Shown: positions 1 through 15,021 of the stretch, in pieces
Layout of the letters: each line of letters opens with the position of its first letter
How positions within the stretch are numbered: position 1 is the first letter of the stretch
Source: Fonticula alba ATCC 38817
Taxonomy: Eukaryota; Protista; Nucleariida
Assembly (NCBI GenBank): GCA_000388065.2
Contig: KB932208.1
Direction: 5' to 3' (one strand)
Length of the DNA: 18,302 nucleotides
Notes under the pieces: model-generated
What the model saw: only the letters and a program-made list of their open reading frames with translations
What the model was told of the DNA's origin: nothing
The model's database searches: none
Translations under genes and position numbers: made by a program

Positions 1-1
1 A

Positions 2-330
2 CTGCACATTTCCTCGCTCATGCTCCAAATCGAGGATGTCTTTCTGGCCATGGCCACGGCCTTCCGAGATGGCCAGGACAGCCCGCCCGTTTGGAAGGCC
101 TGCCGCTCGGCCACACACACCGCGGGTCCCGTCCTGGAACGCCTTGCGGCCCTTCGTCCCCTAGGGTCTGCGCTGGTCGATAACTACATGTTCAGTACGC
201 GCCTCTTCACCCTCCCCCTCGCCCGCCATGAGGAGAGTGGCCCATGTGCCCCGTTCTCTGCCTGTGCCCCTCCCCCACTCTCAGTCTAACACTGTACATC
301 CCTCCGCCCGCCTCTCCCTCCCTCTCTCTC

Positions 331-370
<40 letters not shown>

Positions 371-1321
371 CCCCTTTCCCAGTCCGCCGTCAGCTACAGG
401 GGCCACCCACATCAATGGGGGATGCGGCATCCCTAGACGAACGGACACTCCTCGCGCAGGATGTGGACGCCCTGCTGGAGTGCATCCAGCAGAATGTCGG
501 GCCCTTGCCGGCCGCCAAGGAGCCCTCGGCAGGCACGCGTACAGGCAAACTGCCGATGGACATCCGGTTAGCGGCATCCTTGCCAGGCGTCGCCGGCGCC
601 GTGTCCATCAACTTGCAGCCGCTCACATCCGGGGCCTTCGACCTGTCGCTCACCGATGAGGAGGATGTATTCGACAATTTCGAAGACGACATCCAGCTGG
701 ATCAGTACTTGCTGATGACCGGCGGGTCCGGCCATGGTGGTCAGGGTGGGAGCGGGCATCATGCTGTTGGGGGATTTCGCACGTGTGCTCTTCCGATCTG
801 CTCACATCCGGGGCCTTCGACCTGTCGCTCACCGATGAGGAGGATGTATTCGACAATTTCGAAGACGACATCCAGCTGGATCAGTACTTGCTGATGACCG
901 GCGGGTCCGGCCATGGTGGTCAGGGTGGGAGCGGGCATCATGCTGTTGGGGGATTTCGCCCGCTGGCCCGATGCCTGGCCTGGTCTCGCGCTCAATTCTA
1001 CCTGTGCATCGGGAGAACGTGCTCGGTGCCCGGGTGCGATCAGTCGTGCCTGGCCACCCGCCGACACCACCGCTGGGAGCAGGCCGACGGCAATGTCCAA
1101 CGCATCCGCGTCCTCAAGCGCATTGGCATGATCATGGTTTGCGTGGCTCGGTGCCCGGGTGCGATCAGTCGTGCCTGGCCACCCGCCGACACCACCGCTG
1201 GGAGCAGGCCGACGGCAATGTCCAACGCATCCGCGTCCTCAAGCGCATTGGCATGATCATGGTTTGCGTGGCAGCAGTCAGCATCTTCACCATTGCCCTG
1301 ATCCTCCTCTTTCAGAAGTAA
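2..1321 (+). CDS. Hypothetical protein with a C-terminal transmembrane (tail) anchor. Probably 5'-partial; last exon disrupted by assembly artefacts.
   Basis: Frame is open from base 2 (first ATG at 20) to donor GTACGC at 195. Intron 195-382 has a CTAAC branch-like site, a C38 tract and the acceptor ttcccAG; the A|TC junction is in phase. Exon 383-1321 becomes one ORF (...NYMFIRRQLQG...RIRVLKRIGMIMVCVAAVSIFTIALILLFQK*) once the 179-nt adapter+duplicate and the 125-nt duplicate are removed (269 aa from ATG 20). No family recognised. Confidence 0.7.
621..959 (+). repeat. Exact 160-bp direct repeat (621-780 and 800-959) separated by the adapter; artefactual
   Basis: gctcacatcc...gggatttcgc occurs twice with no differences, with the 19-nt adapter exactly between the copies. 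Confidence 0.95.
781..799 (+). other. Illumina TruSeq adapter remnant (ACGTGTGCTCTTCCGATCT)
   Basis: Exact match to the 3' 19 nt of the TruSeq Read-2 primer GTGACTGGAGTTCAGACGTGTGCTCTTCCGATCT. Reverse-strand frames give the tell-tale peptides RSEEHT and QIGRAHV, both visible in the ORF track. Confidence 0.97.
1021..1270 (+). repeat. Exact 125-bp tandem duplication (1021-1145 / 1146-1270), frameshifting; probably artefactual
   Basis: gctcggtgcc...gtttgcgtg is repeated head-to-tail with identical copies. 125 is not a multiple of 3, and removing one copy restores the ORF to the TM tail. Confidence 0.9.
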
Positions 1322-1440
1322 TACACCAGCCCGGCCGGGCCATTGCCTTTCCTGTTGTTGCTGCCGCAAACACATGGATGTACATTCGTGCATGGGAGGG
1401 TAGTGATATACAAGGACAGTCAAAGGGGGGAGGAGGGGGG

Positions 1441-1523
1441 NNNNNNNNNNNNNNNNNNNNNNNNNNNNNNNNNNNNNNNNNNNNNNNNNNNNNNNNNNNN
1501 NNNNNNNNNNNNNNNNNNNNNNN
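1441..1523. other. Assembly gap (83 N) between the convergent 3' ends of gene 1 and SNF1
   Basis: Run of N directly after a G-run. Confidence 0.99.
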
Positions 1524-1617
1524 GGCAGAATGCCAGGCGACACAACTGGGCAGCCACACCGGCAGACGGCCCGCGGATAAGGCAAGAGGGGGAAAGGCAA
1601 GGGAGGGGGACAGCTCG

Positions 1618-7271
<5,654 letters not shown>

Positions 7272-8939
7272 GGTATGCCAGGGCAGGGAGGAGATGGGGG
7301 GGGGGGGGGGGGGGGGCGCGCGCGCGCAGGAGGCGGAAAAGCCAGGAGAGGGCGGAGGGCGGGCGGAGCCGGCGTCGCTTGCTCTTTGCGGGGCCGCGAG
7401 CGGAGGAATGTCTCTGCCGCTGGCTGGGGTAGCGGGGGTTGGGCTGGAGGTCGAGCCGAGAGCGGAGGGGCAGCACACAATCCAACAGGAGCCAAGGGAG
7501 CGGGGCCGGGGGGCGGGGAAGGGGGGGTGTGTGTGTGTGGGAGGTCTGCCGATGCAGACACAGGCGCCGACTAAGTGCCCGAGGAAGTGGCAGGAGACCG
7601 GGCGGAGGGCGTGGTGGTGCAATCGAAAGGGAGGCGCGAAAGGAGAGGAGGGGTGTGTGTGTGTGTGTGTGTGGAGAGGTGGTGTAGATGGCCGTCGAGA
7701 AAGCTGGCAGTTGTTGTGATATCGGCCGAAAAAACGCGGTCCGTGCCTTCCCGGCTCACTGGGGGGGGGGGCGGCAAGGTCCCGGTGCCTTTGCTTGTTG
7801 GCGGTCCGATGCCGGCGCCCTCGCGCCCTCCCGCGGGGGTGGAGCCGATCCCCTAGTGTGGGGTCGGGCCGGGCTGCCATTCACCAGGCTGTTCCGCGCG
7901 CTGCCCCCCCGCGTCCGGTCCATGAGGAGGGGCGGACATTCCACACCGCTCCTGTGCGTGTGAGATTGGCCCAAGAGCGGCGCGCGGTTGAGATCGGCCC
8001 CGGCGCGGCGGTGGGCAGTCCGCTGTCTCTGCCCCGGTCCCCCGCCCCCCGGGGGAAACTGAGACGGGGCGATCTTCCCTTCTTCTCCTGCGGCAGTGGG
8101 TCCCACCGTCGGGGGGGGCGGAGGGCGGGGGGCGGTTACCGCCGCAGGTGCAAGAGCACACCCAATTGGGACGCCCCTCCCCCCTGAAGGGGCTCTCCCC
8201 CGGCGGCGCGTCGGCCCAAGTCCGGCGTCGGAGTGCTCCTGTGCTGGGCCACTCCGTGCCAGCTCGGGGGCCCCGTCTCGGGACCAGAACCCGGAGAGGG
8301 GGCGCGCGGCCCCGGCGGCATTTAAAACAAACCCCCCCCCCCCCCGCCCCCCGGCCTTGAGGTCGACCAGGCCCCGCGCGCTCCGTGTGCTCGGCTGTGG
8401 GGACCAGGCCAGCTGTATGCCGGGACCCGGGTCATTACCCCACATCTCCCCCGGCCCCGCCCCCGCCTCCGCCTCCGCCTTCGCCCCCCGCCCCCCGCCC
8501 CGAAAGCAAGGCTGCATATGCTCTCCTGCCTCGACTCCCACCCGGCTGGGCCTCCGCAGCCGGGCCCCCGGGCCCCGCCAGTGCGGGGCCGCCCGCACCC
8601 GGTCCCCCCGCCCCGAAGGTCTAGTCTACGACGGGACGCGGGGCGCGGGGCGCGGGGGGGGGGGGGGGACAGAGGACAGGCCAGAGCACGCTCAGCCCCA
8701 GCACACAACGCGGTTGCCCCCGCAGGCCCGATGATGCGCGTTCAAAGCTCCTGGGCCCTTCCCCCTCGCCGCCCCCTGCCCGGGCGCGCGCGCGCGCGCC
8801 CACCAGGCTCGGGCGGGGGGAATCAACCGGGGCCTCCCGGGGCGGGGCGGCGCCCCCCGAGGCATTGTCACGCGCATGTCACAGAACACCGAGCATGAAA
8901 CACGCGACCGGTCGTCGGTCCTCCCCCGTTGGCGGGCGG

Positions 8940-9004
8940 CTCTGGAATCTTCGTGCCCGCGAAAGTCGGCACCTGGCGGCGTTTGGCGCGAATATTCTCG
9001 ATTC
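8940..9004. promoter_or_regulatory. AT-richer island in the divergent SNF1/DnaJ intergenic region with two HSE-like and two E2F/SCB-like motifs
   Basis: cTCtgGAAtcTTC (8940-8952) and GAAtaTTCtcGAt (8990-9002) fit inverted nGAAn triplets with one mismatch each; CCCGCGAAA (8956-8964) and TTTGGCGCGAA (8982-8992). Motif match only. Confidence 0.3.
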
Positions 9005-9085
9005 AGCATTCTTCCCGTGAGCCGAGGAATGACATTAGTTTGTTCGGGGCCGGCTGCACTTGCTGCCGTCCTGCCTCCAATTCGG

Positions 9086-9124
<39 letters not shown>

Positions 9125-9718
9125 GTCTCTCGTGCATGTACGCGGGCACGCTTCTGCCTGCGTGTGTGCCTCCTTCCAGCCCGGAGAGACAGGCAAAATG
9201 GCCCGATCGGAGGCATCCATCCCCAACCGGGAGCGGTGGTCGCGATGTGCGAGGCCGAGAGGGACACGGGCCCCGCGGGCGAGGCCCCCGCCGGGACGCC
9301 GGCCAGCCCCGTGACTGCGTGACTCACATGTGTGCGTGTGTGTGTGTGTGTGCGGCTCACACCCCGGGACCGGCAATCTCCCACGCAGAGCCTGCGCGGC
9401 CTGTGCGTCGCTCTCGCGGGGTGGTCTTTTCTCCCTGGCCCCGGAGGGTGCAGCGCAGGCACTAATCTGCGCCGCTATCTGAGTGTCAGCTAGAACGCCG
9501 TATTATGGGAGGCTGGCTCCCCCCCCCCCTCGGGGCGCCTGGTCCTGTGGCGCGGCACCCAACGGCGTCTCTTAGTTGGCAGCCCACATCTGAGCCGACC
9601 TGACCGGCCCACCAGCCAGCCAGTCCCTGCGGGGGGCTGCGCGCGGGCCCGAGAGAGAGAGAGAGAGAGACGCACACATGGAAACGGCGGCCAAGGGTGG
9701 GCGCCGGGAAAATGGCCA

Positions 9719-9751
<33 letters not shown>
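9719..9751 (+). repeat. (GGC)11 trinucleotide repeat upstream of DnaJ
   Basis: Perfect 33-nt run, about 360 nt before the DnaJ ATG. Confidence 0.95.
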
Positions 9752-10107
9752 AGACCGATGTCCACGGCCCGCGGCTGACAATCTTCCAGATTCCAACCCA
9801 CATGTGCCCCCGCGCCCCCTGCCGCCCCGTTTCCTCCGGGCGCGGCCCCCCCCCCCCCGCCCCCCCGCGGCTCGCGCCCCCCGGCGTGGCATTGAAATGA
9901 GATCTCCCCCACTTGGGCTGCCATCCTCGGAAGACAGTTGTCGTCAACCTCTCGTCCCTTTCCCTCCCTCTCCGTCTGTTGCCCTCCCCTCCCCTCCCCT
10001 CCCCCCCCCCGCCCCCTCTCCATCTATCCCTCTCCCCTCTCCCCCTCCTTGCTCCTCCCTCCCCTGCTCTAGCTCCCTCCATCTCAGTTTATACCCCGAG
10101 GATTGAG

Positions 10108-11843
10108 ATGCTCGGCCAGCGGCTTTTCTCCTTCCGGGGCCTTCTTAGCCCAGGTGCGCGTGACACGCTCCCGCGCGCCCTTGCCCAGGGGCCCGGCGCG
10201 GTGATGGCGGCGACGGCGACCGCGGCCCCCGGCGCCTCGGCTCCTGCCCCTCGACGCTACTACTCTTTCGACCCGAACATGATGAACCTCATGAACAAGG
10301 ACCTGTACAAGATCGTGGGCGTCTCGTCCTCCGCCTCGAAGGACGAGATCAAGCGTTCAGTTCGCAAGGTGCGCTGCTCCCCTCCTCGGCCCCCCTCCCC
10401 CCCTCCCGAAGCCCTTGCCATCGTGCCGAAGGCCCTCCCCTTGGCGGGTTCCACCGTCTGACCTTGCTCTCTCTCTCCCTCTCTCTCCGTCCCTCTGCCT
10501 CCCCCCTCCTGGATGCAATGCGCCGGCCTGGTGGTTGCCCGTCATGGACACAGAAATCCAAGCAGGTCCATCCCGATCTGAACCCCAATGACCCGAAGGC
10601 TGCCGAGAAATACAACGAGCTCCGTGAGGCGGCCGACGTGCGTGCAAGCCACCCTGCCTCGCCTCCCTTCTCCCTGCACAGTCCCCCCCCCCCCCGCGAT
10701 GAAAAGACGACACGAACTCCGGCCACTGACCTCACAGCTTCCCCCTCTCTCGCCCGTTTCCCTCCTCCCCCATGCTCCTCCTCATCTGCCGTGCCTGCGC
10801 CCCCCGGCCACGGATAGATCCTCACCGACGATGGCAAGCGCCAGCAGTATGACGAGTTCAAGAAGTTCGGTGGCAGCCCCGGTGGCGGCTTCGGCGGCTT
10901 CGGCGGAGGTGGCGGCGGCGGCGGGTTCAACCCCTTCGGCGGTGGTGGCGGGTTCAATCCCTTTGGTGGACCCAGCGGGTTCGCCCGATCTGCCGACGGT
11001 TCAACCTACTACAGTGTCAACAACCCGGACGACCTGCGGGACTTCTTCCGCGGAATGGGCTTCGACTCGAGCGAGGCGGATTACGACCCGCCTGGGCGCA
11101 CCCGCCGGCGCAACCGCGGCCCGCAGCAGCAGCAGCAGCAACAGTCGCCAGTTCGGGAACCGCCGCCGGCCCGCCGGCACCCGGTCGGCGCGGATCTCGG
11201 GGTGCCCCTACGTCTGACCTTCCGCGAGGCGGTCCTCGGGTGCAGCAAGGACGTGAAGTTCACCACGACCGTGGATTGTGTCCACTGCAAGTCCATGGGG
11301 TATGTCTCGAGCCCCGGGTCTCGGCCTGGGGACGGGGGTTTCCAGTCCTGTCGGCATTGCGATGGCAGCGGAGTGACCACTTCCCAGCGGACGGAGCGCG
11401 TGGTCATCCCTCCCGGCACGTCGGACGGGGCCACCATCAAGATCCCCGGGGCCGGGCACTTTGGCAAGCCGGCCGGCGACCTGCTGGTGCAGATCGGCGT
11501 CCAGGCGAGCCCCATCTGGCGCCGGGTGGGCGAGCCCTTCCCCGGGTCGACCCAGGGCCGGGACATTATCTCCACCGGGGCCATCTCCCTGCAGGAGGCC
11601 ATCCTTGGAACTGCCCGCACGGTGGACACCCTGTCCGGTCCGTCGCTGGCCATCCTGGAGCCGGGCACCACGACCGTCCGCCTGCCAGGGCTCGGTGTGC
11701 CGGCCCCGAAGGGCGGCTCCGAGCCCAATGGCGACCACATTGCCCAATTTGACATCGAGCTCCCGCCGGCCGCGCGGTCCCTGACCCAGGAGCAGCGGCA
11801 GAAGCTGCTGGATGTCCTGGCCGAAGTGGGGCTCTCGTCGTAG
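10108..11843 (+). CDS. DnaJ/Hsp40 co-chaperone, probably mitochondrial (Mdj1/DNAJA3-like), 456 aa, reduced zinc finger
   Basis: Exons 10108-10368, 10554-10637, 10818-11843 (introns GTGCGC...CAG and GTGCGT...TAG, both phase 0). Arg/Ala-rich presequence-like N-terminus ending RRYYS; J domain KDLYKIVGVSSSASKDEIKRSVRK|KSKQVHPDLNPNDPKAAEKYNELREAAD|ILTDDGKRQQYD; G/F region (GGFNPFGG twice); Q7 tract; GADL..LRLTFREAVLG; two CxxC motifs; VVIPPGTSDG, GDLLVQI, ISLQEAILG, GLGVP, GDHIA. Confidence 0.92.
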
Positions 11844-12680
11844 GCAGCTGTCAAGAAGCGGGCAGGGCGAGGGAACAGGAGAGAGAGAGAGAGAGAGAGA
11901 ACGCGAGAGAGATAAACAGCGAGAGACATGCACATCCTGGCTCTCGGTCATTGCTCGATCTCCTTCTCTAATTGGCACCTGCGTTGTCCTTCTGCCGGGG
12001 GGCGAGCTCAAGCTGGTGCGGCCCCTCGCGGCCCTCTGCAACGCGCCCAGCTCCCGCTACCCGGGCAAACGCCACACATCATCCATCCCGCGCTCCGCCT
12101 CATCCGGCTCTTCTTTAGAGCGTGCTTCTTTGCTTGCGTCGGCCCTTCGAGTCTCCCTCAGTGCTCTTCTTCCTCGGGTGGGTTTGTGTGCGCGCCCGCA
12201 CGGGACGAGGTCCTTGTCACACTTCCTCACCTCTTCCCTGGCGAACGGCGGCACGGGCTCGCATCGCGCGCCATTCCCCCCCCCCCCCCCCACCTCTCCA
12301 CGAGGAATACACACCACCATCAACTAGGAGCTGTCTGCTTCCACGTCCACACCAAAATCCCCGCACGCGCGGTGGGAGATACAGAGAGCAATAGAGGGGG
12401 GGGGGGGGGCGGGAGGAGGCGCCAGGGACGGGGAGGAAAGGAAGAAGGAAGCATGGAAAAGAGAGGGGGGATGTACATTGCAAACTCAAGGTCAGGCGCT
12501 GCCGCCAACGGGCGCATTCCACGCTTCCAAGAGGGGAAAGGGGGAGCTGCTCCACCAGGAGGGGCTCCCCAGGGCCGAGTGCCCGCTTCTGGTGCAAAAG
12601 GAGGGCAGGGAGGACTGCGTGGATGTGCACACGTGCGTGCGTGCATGCGTGTGAAGGGAGGTGGGGGAAGACAGGCGCCA

Positions 12681-13710
12681 CTACTCCTGGGCGTGCTTGT
12701 TGGTCCACTCGCGGGCTGGATTCCCACGCCAAAGCAGGGATTATCGGGTGTGAGCAGGGGTGCGTTTTGTGAAGGGATACGCGCGTATGTGTGTGCATGT
12801 GCATGAATCGGTGCATGTGAGGGAGCAAAGGGCGGGAGGAGAAGGGCAGGGCGCGGAGGCGCCCTCCTTTCGTCTCGTCCTCATGCTGGCGGGCGCACCG
12901 GTCTTGTGGGCATCCTCCAGGTTCTCGCGCCAGTGCTGGGCGACAGTGTTGTCCAGCGGGTCGTCGGGGTTCGGGCTGGAAAGAAGCTGCTGGATGGACA
13001 GCAGGACACTGCTGATGCGCAGGGCAGGAGTCCACTTGGCTGACGGGCACAGGGGGGAAGAGTGCAGGAGGGGGGGGGGGGGGGGGGCGGGAAATCGTTG
13101 GGTCAGATTCGCCCGGCGCAGGCCGACCGGCACAATGGTGGGCATGACACTGCCGGGATGGGAGACGCACAGTCCAGGATATCGAGGCAGATCTTGCCCA
13201 GGCGGTTGATGTTCGGGTGGTAGATGGGGGTGCTGAAGAGGATCTTCATCGGGGAGAGGGGGTAGTTCTCCGGGAGGAACAGCTCCAGGCGGAAGCGCCC
13301 GCCTGCGGATGGTCAGGGCGTCTGGTCAGGATCGGGGAGGATTCCAGGTACAGCAAGGAGAACCGCGCGGGACGGGGATACAGGGGAGCGGGGGGGGGGG
13401 GGAGGAGCGAGCAGGAGGGGAGAGGAGCGCACCCTCGTAGGGGGTCTGGGGAGGACCCTCGATGATGACATCGAAGTGGCGGAAGTTGTCCCCGCGCGGG
13501 GTGACCGTGATCCCCTCGATGGGCTCCTTGGCCAGGCGGGTGGTTTCCTGATTGCGGGGCAGAGAAAGGAGGAGCAGGTCAGCCATGTGGACCGCACATA
13601 GGGGTCTGCCCGGAGGTGCTGGGAGAGTTGTTTCGGAAGGGGAGGGAAAAAGAAGGAGAAAAAAAAAGTGAGACACGCACAGTGATGATGCGGCGGGTGT
13701 TGAGCTCCAT
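12681..13710 (-). CDS. UBC13: Ubiquitin-conjugating enzyme E2, UBC13/UBE2N-like, 150 aa
   Basis: Exons (minus): 13710-13681, 13547-13433, 13302-13171, 13039-12899, 12715-12681 = 453 nt, all GTGCGY...CAG and in phase. [23 protein letters not shown]...[18 protein letters not shown]...[47 protein letters not shown]...[14 protein letters not shown] and catalytic Cys87 intact; aligns without gaps to human UBE2N as I remember it. Start context gccacaccATGG. Confidence 0.92.
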
Positions 13711-14900
13711 GGTGTGGCGGGTGCGGGCAGTCACGGGCCGAGTGGAGGGGCAAGGGGAGCACAAAGAGGCAGAGGGGGAGAGAGGAGCCAATGGGGGTGG
13801 GGGCGGGGCGGAGAGGGGGGAGGCGGGAGGAAGCTGGTGCGCAATCCTGATGCCCGGGACCCCGGCATCTCAACAATACCGGCGCGCTGGTGAAGGGGCC
13901 AACCGGCCCAAGATCACCTTTCCGCAGAGGTCCCGGCAGCCCGCCGCCCCGAACGCCGGGCGTCCGTCGAGGTCGTCGTCACTGGCCCCTCGGCGCATCT
14001 TCCCCCTGGCGCCACAAGGGGCTTTCGCTGCCGGAAGCCGAGGTTGGGGGTTGGCAGCTGGGTCGGCTGGTGTCAGGCCCCCCCCCCCCCCCCAATGGGA
14101 AGGAGAACACTGAGCATATTGGACCGAAGCGGGGCCCTTGCCGGGGTGGGGGGGGGGAATGTCAGGTCCTCCCCCATGGTAAAGCAGGAGAAAAACAGCA
14201 GCGGGGCTGAAGGCGCGCACGCACTGCCGCCGGGCGCACCCCCCCTCGCCGTCAACGTATCGGCCGCGGAGGCGGGGGACACACGCGTATTGGCTGTGGC
14301 GCCGGGTGTCCTTTAGGCCCTCGGAGTCTGCCCAGCCACCTCGCCGGGGTCTTCCCCACCGCCGTCCCCACAGCGCGCGTGCCCAGCCCGGTGGGGGGGG
14401 GGTAGGGACGAGGGGCCGAGGCGGGGGCTAGTCGGCCCTCCACTGGGGATCCTTTCCTGGCCGGATCCCCGCCCCCCGGTTGTGGATTTCTCGGTGTAGT
14501 CTCTGGCCTGCGACGATTCAATTGCAAAGGCAGCGGGATTCGGCGGATATTCGCTATCATCGACATCACATGCACAATGCGTAGAATGGGCGTCGCTCGA
14601 ATCACGCCGCGACCGCGACCGTGGCTCAGTGCCACCGAAAGCCCCGGGGAGGGGCCCCAGCGCACAGAAGTTCGGCATGCGACACCCACCGCTGCCCGGG
14701 GCCCAATCCGTGTGCATGTCCAGTTCCGGGCGGGTGTGGCTCTGGAGTGATGCTTGAATTAATATTTTCACATTTCCCCAACCCCCACCCCCTCAGGAAC
14801 GTGCGGCGTGTGCTTCACACGCACTTACGCGTCCACCGCCGGGGGCGGGGGGGGGGTGGGCTGCGAGCCTCGATTGTGGGCAAGGATCCTCGCCCCGGCC

Positions 14901-15021
14901 GGGAGGCCTGCCGCAGGCTTGAGAGGGGTAACCTTCTTCCGCCGCCGCCACTCCTCCCCCCCCCCNNNNNNNNNNGGGAGGCCTGCCGCAGGCTTGAGAG
15001 GGGTAACCTTCCTCCGCCGCC
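14901..15021. repeat. 46-bp direct repeat (14901-14946 / 14976-15021, 1 mismatch) on either side of a 10-N gap (14966-14975); likely overlapping contig ends
   Basis: gggaggcctgccgcaggcttgagaggggtaaccttc(t/c)tccgccgcc appears on both sides of the gap; each copy runs into a C homopolymer. Confidence 0.85.

Noticed and set aside
621-1270. Repeat-spacer-repeat pattern as a CRISPR-like array, exon shuffling or programmed frameshifting
   Set aside because: The spacer is an Illumina adapter, the repeats are 125-160 bp of coding sequence with zero divergence, and there are no cas genes or slippery sites.
8161-8170. Perfect palindrome CCCAATTGGG with CCAAT on both strands
   Set aside because: A single 10-bp palindrome is expected by chance in 18 kb and has no supporting context.
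9560-9640. CTGAG...CCTGA stretch as a TPP-riboswitch-like or snoRNA element
   Set aside because: The remaining conserved TPP nucleotides and properly spaced C/D boxes are absent.
9719-9751. (GGC)11 as a poly-Ala/Arg/Gly coding exon
   Set aside because: No splice-bounded, domain-bearing frame surrounds it; kept only as a simple repeat.
10154-10188. GTGCGC...CCCAG as a 35-nt intron in DnaJ exon 1
   Set aside because: It would frameshift the presequence away from the J domain and is far shorter than the other introns (all over 115 nt).
10924-10960. GGTTCAACC / GGTTCAATCC resembling tRNA T-loops or B-boxes
   Set aside because: They encode the repeated GFNPF peptide of the DnaJ G/F region; there is no cloverleaf or A-box.
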